DNA from: a bacterium
GTDB lineage: Bacteria; Zhuqueibacterota; Zhuqueibacteria; Residuimicrobiales; Krinioviventaceae
Assembly: GCA_963674595.2 (NCBI GenBank)
Contig: CAXXFV010000004.1
Coordinates: 64,001 to 128,000, forward strand
Reading direction: 5' to 3'
Length of the DNA stretch: 64,000 nucleotides
The position numbers were made by a program, and so were the translations under genes. Shown piece after piece: positions 31,655 through 40,987 of this stretch. The notes beneath the pieces were generated by a model. The model worked only from the letters and a program-made list of their open reading frames with translations, had not been told where the DNA came from and made no database searches. Each line of letters starts with the position of its first letter. Positions within the stretch are counted from its first letter, which is position 1.

Positions 31655-32506
31655 TTACCTTTTTAGATTTTTTACATCACGTTGCGCCAGTATATACCAT
31701 GTCGGCATAAAACAATTATTTAATAAACCCTTTTTATCGGAAACAAACAACTGTAGAATTTTATAAAGACGAATTTTTTTAAAAAACAAAATACATTCAA
31801 GATGAAAAGGCCTGCTCCAGATACTTGCCGGATGATTGAAAGCATATTTTACGACCCTTTTGTGCACATAACTCCAATTCCAGTTCTTTTCAAACAAACC
31901 AAAAATTTCTCTATTTCCCAGCAACTGCGGAAAATCCGGACGGTTTGGGTCCTGCCAATGTAAAAAATCAGCAACTATGCTTTTTACGGCTGATCGTTTT
32001 AATATGGAAACGACAGGCAAACTGAAATGAGGATCACAAAAAAAATTAAAAACAGACCATTTGTTCGGGGTGGTCAGGTAAAGCCACCCGCCTGGTTTTA
32101 ATTTTTCATAAAGCGTTGTTATTAACAATCGATAGTCAGACACATGTTCCAGCACATCCGCTAAAATAATTGCATCATATTTTTCATTTGTGGAAAAATC
32201 CTCAACAGATGTACAATGTGCGGCAATTTTCACATTTTCTTTTTCAGCCATTTTTTCAAGAACGGCAATTCTTTCCGGATCTATGTCAACCGCTGTTAAC
32301 AACGCTCCCTGTTTTGCCAGTGCAACAGCAATGCCGCCATGTCCACAACCGACATCTAAAATTTGTGCACCATCTATTTTCATTTTTACAGCGAGAACAG
32401 TTGCAACAAGACTTCCACGGGCCAGAGAGTAACGCTCATAATTTTCCCAAAGTTTTTCATTAGGGTTCCTGATAGCGCCTCCTACTCTTTCCACCTTATC
32501 GTACAA
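31655..32506 (-). CDS. Class I SAM-dependent methyltransferase; start uncertain
   Basis: ILDVGCGHGG, YDAIILADVLEHV, LKPGGWLYLTTPN, DPHFSLP. Confidence 0.9.
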   Translation of the reverse strand: MYDKVERVGGAIRNPNEKLWENYERYSLARGSLVATVLAVKMKIDGAQILDVGCGHGGIAVALAKQGALLTAVDIDPERIAVLEKMAEKENVKIAAHCTSVEDFSTNEKYDAIILADVLEHVSDYRLLITTLYEKLKPGGWLYLTTPNKWSVFNFFCDPHFSLPVVSILKRSAVKSIVADFLHWQDPNRPDFPQLLGNREIFGLFEKNWNWSYVHKRVVKYAFNHPASIWSRPFHLECILFFKKIRLYKILQLFVSDKKGLLNNCFMPTWYILAQRDVKNLKR

Positions 32507-33562
32507 AAAAGCGAACGAAAGCCGGCCACCAAATTATATAGTACAAAAAGTCCTTCCCAAACCAAAAATGAAAATAAATTAATATGATACCGAAACCGTC
32601 CTGCCAAAACATTTAAAAATACAAAATCTAAAAAAATCTTGATAAAAAGAGGTAAAGCAAATAAAGGATTTAACACGGCAAAGGGCAAACCCAGCCATAA
32701 AGCAAAATTCACAACATGAAAAAAGCTGTAACCCAATTGCTGCTGTTTTGAATAATATTGTCCTGCGGAAATATGCCTTTGTTTTTGAATTAAAAAAGCC
32801 CTCAAATTTTTGGGACCTGCCGCCGGGACAATGGTTTGAGGATCACAATTATAGGTAACGTTCCAGCAAGGATGCTTTGCAACAGCCTGTAATAAAAAAT
32901 CATCATCACCGGAAACGGAATTCGGAAAAGCACTATAACCACCGATTTCGTTTAAAGCCTGTCTTTTACAGGCAAGATTGCGGCCGGCGCAGGTAATTCC
33001 AAGGCCCCAGCCGATAGTTCCGCACGCTACAAACGCGGCTGATAGGCTGTCTATATAAAGCAAATTATCCCATGGCCCTTTTTTGACAACTTTTTGTGGA
33101 GAAAAACCTGCCACCAATCCAATGTTATTTGAAAATTGACAAACCATCTGCCGGATCCAGTTTTCAGGCGGCGTACAATCAGCATCTGTAAACAATAAAA
33201 TTTCTCCTGCCGCCTTTTCAAGCCCGGCCTGTAAAGCTGATTTTTTACGGCTCGAAAAATACTGTGTTGGATTATGTAAAACAACAAGATTAGCGGCACT
33301 AAAATCTTTTAAAATATCCCTTGTTCCATCTGTGGAAAAAATCATCAATAACAATGACCTCAAATTTATCTGAGGGATAATTTTGTCCCAGCAATGCCTT
33401 AACACAAGCAGAAATATAATCCTTTTCATTTCGAACCGCTATTAGGACAGACACAACAGGATATTCTTCCAGACGGTTGCTTTTAACGTTGCGCAGGCCT
33501 AAAAAAAGAAAAATTAAAAATATACTGTAAACAAATATGATTGGAATAACAAAAAATATCAT
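32482..33562 (-). CDS. Membrane GT2 glycosyltransferase (paralog 1), frameshift ~33340
   Basis: IAVRNE..IDDF|STDGT, KKSAL, FTDADC, GRNLAC, SGDDD, QKQRH, RWKE; break in a T6 run. Confidence 0.88.
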
Positions 33563-33589
33563 AATCTTCTTAAAGGTTTAATGCCTGCG

Positions 33590-33618
33590 AAAATAGAGAT
33601 AATCACAGATTTTTGCAA
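33590..33618 (-). promoter_or_regulatory. Putative sigma70 promoter of the GT2 operon
   Basis: Minus-strand TTGCAA-N17-TATTTT, ending 28 bp upstream of the first ATG; same style as the 16303 promoter. Confidence 0.45.
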
Positions 33619-33662
33619 GGTCTATTTAAACGGCAAAATATAAATACGCCCCCTTGTTTGTA

Positions 33663-34771
33663 TTATAACAAGTTAAAAACCTCTTGAAACCAGGATTCCG
33701 GTAAACGTTTAAAGATTAAATCGGTTGACTGAAAATTCTTTTTACCTAAATTCCGCGGCCACTTGTAATAGGTCAACAAGGCATCATTATTCTGCCAGGT
33801 AATGCTGACATAGGCATAGGCAAAGGTCGTATCCGATTCTATTAATACCGGCGGGCTCCAGGTTTTTCCATCATCCGAAGAAAACGAAGCTGCCAACGGG
33901 GTACGGTTTCTCCACGGGCCGCTGCCTACCGGATTATGAACAATCATTAAATTATGATTATTTGGAATTCGGGTTACTGTTGCCGGAGAGGAAGGTGATT
34001 TAACTTTTGAAGATTTAGCCGCGCTCCAGGTCAATCCGTTATCCACAGATTCACTAAAATAAACATAGTCCAAATCGGTCCGAATGTTCATTAAAAGTGA
34101 GCCGTCCTCTTTTTCTTCTATCCCCGGTTCCATTAACGGATAATCAGGCAATTCAACAAAATTTTTACTTGTATTCCACGTTTTTCCCGGCATCATCTGA
34201 ATAGTAAATACCACATTTTTGTATATCAAAATGTTTTTTCTATATCATCTGTAAGTGCAAAAGGAACAATAATCCTGTTGTTTTTCGTTTGAAATACCCG
34301 GGCATTATTAACAACATGATAACCTTGCATTGAATTAATTTTTACAGGTGCTTCCCACTCTGTTGCCAGAGAATCTTTGGCTGTCATCATCATAATATCC
34401 AGTATCTGATGTGATCGCTCCGGGTCACGAATTAAAAAAAACAAGGCCAGCTTGCCGTTATTTAAATATAACAAGGATGCCGACATGACATTGGTATCGT
34501 TGATTATATATACCGGTTTTGAAATCGTCCATGTTTGACCGTTGTCAAACGAACGTGATTCCGCCAGATGCGCCACGGACATATCACCCCATCCGCCGGT
34601 AAACATGGAATAAACAACCAGCAAAGAGCCGTCCGGTAAAACCGCCAGATCACCTTCACTGTTACGTGGATTTTGTTCACTTGATTCAGCGATTATCGTT
34701 GATTTACTAAACTCATTCTCAATATGTGTACACATACAAGTCAAACATAAAAGAAAAAGAAAATTTTTCAT
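33663..34771 (-). CDS. BNR/Asp-box sialidase-fold protein, possible lipoprotein, split by two 1-bp insertions (~34235, ~34183)
   Basis: RNSEGD, SFDNGQTW, restored YYSDDAGKTW, MEPG, SVDNGLTW, RTPL..SSDDGKTW. Confidence 0.8.
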
Positions 34772-34803
34772 AACATTCCCTCTTGGCAACTCTAAAACTG
34801 AAT

Positions 34804-35517
34804 CTATCGCCACTCTATAAGCGCCTGATTTAAACTGTCTTCAACTCGATTTTTTGGCGAATAAAAGGATGCAAGTCCATGCCCGGGAAGCATAACATCA
34901 AATTCTATTCGGCTGAATTTTTGCAATGTTTCCAGATAAGTTTTTTTATCAAAATCAATGGAACCATCCCAACCAAAATAACCATAACCCAACGTCCCTA
35001 TAATATCTCCGGTAACAAAAATCCTCCTGTTTTCAAGCTCAAATTCATAGGCCGTACATCCCCGGGTATGTCCCGGAAAATGATGAGCGGTAATCTGAAA
35101 ACCATCTATTTCAATAACCTGTTTATCTTTAACAACCAGATCAACATTACACGGATGAAAGGCCTTGTGATACAAAAATCCGCAACAACGTTCATCACCC
35201 GAGGCCAGGGCGTCTGCTGTGTGGGTATGTGCCACAAGGCTGATCCCTTTTTGCTGCAACAACCAGCCCGCACCGGCGTGGTCCCAATGAGGATGAGTCA
35301 AAAAACAGGTGCTGATCTTTTCAGCATCGAGGCCCCAATAGGACATCTGGGAAAAAATCTGCTCCAGGGTTTCTCCGTTTCCGCAATCAAACAGGACCAG
35401 TTCATTTTGCAATTGCAGCACATAAACATTACAGTCATCAAAAGGATCGGCAACGGAGGTATGCGTCAATCCCGAGAGACTCCCCCCGACCTGATAAAGT
35501 TGATGCAGTAATTGCAT
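34804..35517 (-). CDS. MBL-fold metallo-hydrolase
   Basis: LFDCG, THPHWDHAG, PGHTRG, TGD, LPGHG. Confidence 0.88.
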   Translation of the reverse strand: MQLLHQLYQVGGSLSGLTHTSVADPFDDCNVYVLQLQNELVLFDCGNGETLEQIFSQMSYWGLDAEKISTCFLTHPHWDHAGAGWLLQQKGISLVAHTHTADALASGDERCCGFLYHKAFHPCNVDLVVKDKQVIEIDGFQITAHHFPGHTRGCTAYEFELENRRIFVTGDIIGTLGYGYFGWDGSIDFDKKTYLETLQKFSRIEFDVMLPGHGLASFYSPKNRVEDSLNQALIEWR

Positions 35518-35573
35518 AAAAACTCCGTAAAAAATCAGGCCCTGCAAACGATTTAACAAGGCCTTAAAAATTA

Positions 35574-36872
35574 TTATAACATTTTTTCAAGCTGTCGCAG
35601 ACGTAACAAAGTTTGAATGACGGCCCGGACAGAGTGATAGCTGATTTTCCATTCGTGGGAGAGGTGGTCCCATTTTATGGTTCCGTCGCGTTCAAAAAGA
35701 GCATACCATTCGCCTACCTCATGATTGATCATTTTGTTCCAGATAAATTCAAAAATATTTTCAAATGCGTCCCAATAATTTTGGTCTTTAAAAATCAAAT
35801 AACCGTCCAAAAATCCGGTCAAAGCCTCACCCTGCTGCCAGAATTCTTTAAGCGTTTGAATGGCTTCACCCTCATTAGGCCCTTCAACATAAATGCCGCC
35901 ATATTCCCAGTCAACGCCCCATTTATGGGCCTGGTCGTTAATTTTTTTCAAAATATCTTTATAAGGTTCCACATCCTTGCCCATAATATCCAGGGCCAGT
36001 TTCAACAGCCAGTTAAATTCTATATTGTGTCCGTAATTGGTATTATCCAGAGGCCGTGCCTCTTCTTCCGGCGCCCGGTCTGCGCCCCAAACATTTTGAA
36101 ACAGAATAGCCCTTAATGGATTAAAAAAGCGGTCAAACTGGGCGATTCCTGTTTTATACTTGGGATCGAGCATTTTTTCTATTAAAATCTCTATAATTTC
36201 TTCGAGTTTTCGTTTGTGGACAGGCAGTTGTGTCAATTCATACAAGGTTGTAAACGCTTCCATCAGGTGCATGTGGACATCGAGTGTTTTACGGTCACCG
36301 CCGTAAACACCGCCGGGTTTTATCGTCCAGTCACGATTGAACATTTCCCAAAAACCGCCGCCGTAAATATCGGAAGCGCATCGCATAATCGTATCAAAGG
36401 TTTTTTCTGCATATTCCTGTCCCCTGGGATCACCGGTTGCCAGTCCGTATTCGGCCATGGAATATACCCCGAAACAATGTCCGTACATGATTTTACTATC
36501 GTCAACCATCTTGCCGTCGCGTTCGGTAATCCAGTACCATCCGCCGTACTTTTCATCCCAGAAATGTTTTAGAACAAAATCCACACCCTGACGCGCCGCT
36601 TCGGCATATTCACCATTTCCAAGTCCCGCACGATGCGCACTGGCAAATGTAAAAATCATGCGTAATTGCATAATCAATGTTTTGTTTGTTTTACCGGATG
36701 GTTTGCCGTCTTTATCAAAATAGGTCAAGTATCCACCGATTTCATGGTCGATGGAATTATTATACCAGAAAGGGACTAATTTATTTTTTAAATAGGGATC
36801 CAAAAGACCGATAATTTCATTGATACGCTCTTTTGTAACGGGCACTCCTTTTGTCTTACAAAAAGTTTTCAT
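35574..36872 (-). CDS. AGE-family epimerase/isomerase (cellobiose/mannobiose 2-epimerase-like)
   Basis: QLRMIF, YGHCF, HMHLMEAFT, YGHNIE, WQQGE, YHSVRA catalytic Arg/His set. Confidence 0.9.
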   Translation of the reverse strand: MKTFCKTKGVPVTKERINEIIGLLDPYLKNKLVPFWYNNSIDHEIGGYLTYFDKDGKPSGKTNKTLIMQLRMIFTFASAHRAGLGNGEYAEAARQGVDFVLKHFWDEKYGGWYWITERDGKMVDDSKIMYGHCFGVYSMAEYGLATGDPRGQEYAEKTFDTIMRCASDIYGGGFWEMFNRDWTIKPGGVYGGDRKTLDVHMHLMEAFTTLYELTQLPVHKRKLEEIIEILIEKMLDPKYKTGIAQFDRFFNPLRAILFQNVWGADRAPEEEARPLDNTNYGHNIEFNWLLKLALDIMGKDVEPYKDILKKINDQAHKWGVDWEYGGIYVEGPNEGEAIQTLKEFWQQGEALTGFLDGYLIFKDQNYWDAFENIFEFIWNKMINHEVGEWYALFERDGTIKWDHLSHEWKISYHSVRAVIQTLLRLRQLEKML

Positions 36873-37216
36873 AACAACTTCTCCAAGTCTTGCATGGGTT
36901 AATAGATTTTCATCAGGACTTAAACCAAAACATTACAATTTATACTAGAATATTATTCGAATGCAAAAAACAAATCATTACAACAACTTGTTCTTTGACA
37001 ATTAGAAACAGCAAGTTAAACAGGTTTATAAATGCAAAATAGTATAATTAGTTCAATTTGACAAGAATTTTAATAAAAATAATTGGATGAAATCCTTATA
37101 AAAACATTTTCCATAAAGCAATGTAACTGATTAATTCTATAAAATTAATTTGCAGTTTACATCTCAAATTATTACTATAAGAGATTAAAATAATATCTGA
37201 AACACAGGAAAAATAA

Positions 37217-38065
37217 ATGTCTTTTGGTGAACAAAAATCGCTTTTCACTGAAAAAAGCGATCATGAATTATTTGCAAACCTTTCTCTGGAACGACCACTG
37301 GTTGTTTTTGATCTGGAAACGACCGGTCTTGATATGAAAAACGATAGAATCGTTCAATTTGCTTTTTTACGAGTAAATCCGGATAAATCCAAAGATGAGT
37401 GGATGGAACTGGTAAAACCCGGTATTCGCATTCCACCGGAATCATCCCGCGTTCATAATATTACTGATGACATGGTCAAAGACAAGCCGACAATGGCACA
37501 CTTTGCGCCTAAAATAACAGAATTTCTTCAAAATTGTGATCTATGTGGATTCAACATTGCCAGATTTGATGTACCTTTTTTACAAGCAGAAATGGAACGA
37601 AACAATCATGCTCTGGATTTGAATGACATAAATATTATCGATGCCCAGGTTATTTTTCACAAACAGGAACCCCGCGACCTGTCTGCAGCTTATCGGTTTT
37701 ACTGCAACCAGGAACACGAAGACGCTCATGATGCCATGGGAGATGTTCAGGTTACATTGGAAATATTTGACGCTCAATTACAGCGTTATCAAAATATCCC
37801 CAGGGACATAAAAAAGCTGCATGAATTTTGTTCCCCCAAAGATGACAGATGGGTGACGCAGGACAGAAAATTTTACTGGCGGCACGGTAAAGCAACAATC
37901 GGTTTTGGTAAACACAAAGGCAAAAGCCTGGAATGGATTGTTGAAAAAGACCGCGACTATCTTATGTGGATGAAAAGCGGTGATTTCTCTGCGGATACAA
38001 AAGAAATGATTATCAATGCATTAAATGGTACTTTTCCCGTAAATAACGGATCAAACGACGATTAA
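37217..38065 (+). CDS. DEDDh 3'-5' exonuclease (DnaQ-like) with C-terminal FGKHKG module
   Basis: FDLETTG, GFNIARFD, HDAMGD, GFGKHKGKSL..DRDYLMWM. Confidence 0.9.
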   Translation: MSFGEQKSLFTEKSDHELFANLSLERPLVVFDLETTGLDMKNDRIVQFAFLRVNPDKSKDEWMELVKPGIRIPPESSRVHNITDDMVKDKPTMAHFAPKITEFLQNCDLCGFNIARFDVPFLQAEMERNNHALDLNDINIIDAQVIFHKQEPRDLSAAYRFYCNQEHEDAHDAMGDVQVTLEIFDAQLQRYQNIPRDIKKLHEFCSPKDDRWVTQDRKFYWRHGKATIGFGKHKGKSLEWIVEKDRDYLMWMKSGDFSADTKEMIINALNGTFPVNNGSNDD

Positions 38066-38091
38066 TTTTTGTACAACAGTGTGAATGATAT

Positions 38092-39012
38092 GTGGAACGG
38101 TTTTTTATAAAATTTTCCATTTTCCTTATAATACCAGGTATATTCTATTTCGGCTGTAATAAACCTGAATCAAAAAAAACAAATGACCCTTGTTTTTTAC
38201 AAATTCATAATGATTATCCGGCTGCATGGGGGAGGTGTCTTATTTCGGAAAAATATAAACTAACTTATACGCTTTTGCAAAAAAGCGATACGGTTGTTAT
38301 AAAACCAGAGATGCCTTTTTTTAACGATTCCTCATACATCCAGGGAGAAGCTTTTTATAAAACACCGTTTCAATGGCAATATCCCAAAATATCAGTTAAT
38401 TGTCCCGGCAAAGAGTGTGATGCCATTGAATTTTGGATTGTTGACAAAAAACAACTGAATGAACCATTACTTGCAATACAAAACAACAAGTTGAACACAT
38501 TAAAAACGGGATTGAATATAATAAATTACGGCTGGAAACCGATAACAGGTATTACAGTTGAATATAATATAGATTCCAATTTTTCAGAAAACGACGCGGC
38601 TGCAAATTTTACATATATAGAAAAATTTACCGTTTTAGACACTATGATATATCTTGACCTGACAAACAAGGTAAAAAAATTAAAAGGAACATCTTTACGG
38701 TTAAACGTATCAGGCCGGATGAATTATCAAACAAACAGCGGTTTAAAAAAAACACAGCCGTTTCAGTCACTGTTATGGCTGGAGCAGGAAGAGGCCGGAA
38801 TACCCGTACCGCCTGAAAACAAAGCATCATTTATGCTGGATGACCCGGAAAAAACCAAATTTATAAAAAAACCAAACCGTTTCCCGTATTTAATTCAGCC
38901 CGGTGCTCAACGTTCAACAGAATTTATGTTAAAAATTGTTTTAAAAAAGAATGATGCTATCATCGCTTCAATACCGGTAAAAATTAACATTTGGATCCCG
39001 AAATATAAATAA
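38092..39012 (+). CDS. Hypothetical lipoprotein
   Basis: Hydrophobic N-terminus ending FYFGC; no family recognised. Confidence 0.6.
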   Translation: MERFFIKFSIFLIIPGIFYFGCNKPESKKTNDPCFLQIHNDYPAAWGRCLISEKYKLTYTLLQKSDTVVIKPEMPFFNDSSYIQGEAFYKTPFQWQYPKISVNCPGKECDAIEFWIVDKKQLNEPLLAIQNNKLNTLKTGLNIINYGWKPITGITVEYNIDSNFSENDAAANFTYIEKFTVLDTMIYLDLTNKVKKLKGTSLRLNVSGRMNYQTNSGLKKTQPFQSLLWLEQEEAGIPVPPENKASFMLDDPEKTKFIKKPNRFPYLIQPGAQRSTEFMLKIVLKKNDAIIASIPVKINIWIPKYK

Positions 39013-39025
39013 GAAAGTATAAACA

Positions 39026-40960
39026 ATGCGCTCGATTATGATGACAACCTGTTTAATTTTTCTGTTCACTTTATCTGCTATGTCCAAAGATAATGAAAAT
39101 TTTGACAGGCAACTGAAAAACTGGAGCCCGCAAACACTGGCACATCCGAGAATATATTTTCCACAAAACAATGCAAATTTTATTGCAGAACGACGAAAAT
39201 TAGTACCTGAACTGTATGACCAATTTTTAAGTGAATGTGACAGTTTACTGCTGCACCCTGTTCCTGATTTTTCAAATTTTTCCACGCAACGGCATAAAGC
39301 ACGATTAATGGCGCAAAAATTCGCGTTTGCTTATCTGGTGACCAAAGAGTTAAAATATGCAGAACGTGCTAAAAAAATTGTCTCTCAAATGCTGGCCTGG
39401 CCGGATTGGGTTTATAAAGTCCACAAGCCCTTGACTGTCGATCTGGGTGTTGCAACAATCGCCAACAGTTTGAGTATCTGTTATGACTGGTTATATGAAA
39501 CCTGGACAGACCAGGAAAAAACCGACCTGGAACAAGCTGTAATCAACCGGGGTATTTTACCGTTTTTTAAAGTTTATCAGGCAAAATCAGAAGGCTGGAC
39601 ACAAGTAGACCACAACTGGCGTTCGGTTATATGCGGAAAAATTGGAACGGCCGTTTTGGCGTTCTATGAAAACCTGGAAAATCCAAAAGCAATATTAAAG
39701 GACTGTATTGACGGCGTGGGACATGTATTAAACAAAGGCGGTCGTGACGGCGGCTGGAACGAAGGCGTCAGTTATTGGGGATATGGAATCGGAGAAGCGG
39801 TTTATTTTGTTGAAGCGCTTTATAACGTAACGAACGGTGATGTGAACTTGTATGATATCCCGTTTCTTAAAAACACCGGTGATTTTGGATTGTATACAAA
39901 CATTGCTCCCAAATATTGTTTCAATTTTTCCGACTGTAATATGACTCCCCCCTTGCCCTGGCTGATGCTTCTTCTGGCAAACAGGATGTCGAACCCAATA
40001 TGGCAATGGTATGGCGTTCAGCATGTGTCACATGAAATTGATATGCTGCTGTTTTACAATCCAAAACTTGAACCAAAAAAACCGGACACCTATCCGTTAG
40101 GAAAATGGTTTCACGATATAAATATCACGGCCATGAAAAGCGGATGGGAACAAAACGATCTTTATATCGGTGTAAAAAGCGGGCAAACAGCAATCAACCA
40201 TTCGCATTTGGACTTGAATTCATTTATTTTTTATGCTTATGGCATTCCATTCATCGTGGATACCGGCACCTGGCCCTATGCACACGGTCTTGGATTTTTT
40301 AAAAATGAAGGCCCCAGATGGGACTTTGAAGCCCTTGCCACATCGGCACATAACACGTTGCTTATTGACGGTCAGGGACAAAAATATGGGACAGAAAATT
40401 ACGGCGAAATTATAAACTTTTTAACAGAATCGAACCTGCAATGGACGATAGCCGAGGCCCACAGAGCCTATGGCGATCTGCTGGATAAATTCACCCGCTA
40501 CTTTGCGTTTATTGATAACAAAGCCCTGGTTATTGTCGATGACATTTCCGCATCTGACGTCAGAAAAATGGAATTTTTACTGCATTATCAAGGGCAGATA
40601 AAAGAAAATCAGAACGGACAATTTTTATTGGAGAACGAAAATGCTTTTATGGACATTTGTTTTCTGAAACCACAGAAACAAGACAACAGGACTGTAGAAT
40701 TTATTAATAGTCAGACAAGTTACCAGGCGACGTCCGAAACCTGTAACGAAACCGTTCAGTATATATCCGTACGACCATTACATCGACAACAAAATTATAA
40801 ATTTATAACCGTTCTTGTCCCATTCAGGCAGGAACCAATATTAAAAAAAGCTGAAATTCTTTCAGAAAATGATAATCAGGTACAAATCACAATTCAATTG
40901 AATAAACAAAATTTTGTGCTTGTTTTTAATCTTGCTGAACAGCATATTTCAATAAAATAA
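39026..40960 (+). CDS. Heparinase II/III-family polysaccharide lyase-like protein
   Basis: HPRIYF, HNW, DGGWNEGVSYWGYG, FNFSD, NHSHLDLNSF, TSAHNTLLIDGQGQ. Confidence 0.85.
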   Translation: MRSIMMTTCLIFLFTLSAMSKDNENFDRQLKNWSPQTLAHPRIYFPQNNANFIAERRKLVPELYDQFLSECDSLLLHPVPDFSNFSTQRHKARLMAQKFAFAYLVTKELKYAERAKKIVSQMLAWPDWVYKVHKPLTVDLGVATIANSLSICYDWLYETWTDQEKTDLEQAVINRGILPFFKVYQAKSEGWTQVDHNWRSVICGKIGTAVLAFYENLENPKAILKDCIDGVGHVLNKGGRDGGWNEGVSYWGYGIGEAVYFVEALYNVTNGDVNLYDIPFLKNTGDFGLYTNIAPKYCFNFSDCNMTPPLPWLMLLLANRMSNPIWQWYGVQHVSHEIDMLLFYNPKLEPKKPDTYPLGKWFHDINITAMKSGWEQNDLYIGVKSGQTAINHSHLDLNSFIFYAYGIPFIVDTGTWPYAHGLGFFKNEGPRWDFEALATSAHNTLLIDGQGQKYGTENYGEIINFLTESNLQWTIAEAHRAYGDLLDKFTRYFAFIDNKALVIVDDISASDVRKMEFLLHYQGQIKENQNGQFLLENENAFMDICFLKPQKQDNRTVEFINSQTSYQATSETCNETVQYISVRPLHRQQNYKFITVLVPFRQEPILKKAEILSENDNQVQITIQLNKQNFVLVFNLAEQHISIK

Positions 40961-40987
40961 CTATTCATTTTCACACAGGAAAAACTT

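Noticed and set aside
37217-38065. DEDDh exonuclease as a CRISPR or anti-phage component
   Set aside because: No cas genes, arrays or defence genes nearby; the architecture matches the common stand-alone DnaQ-like protein.
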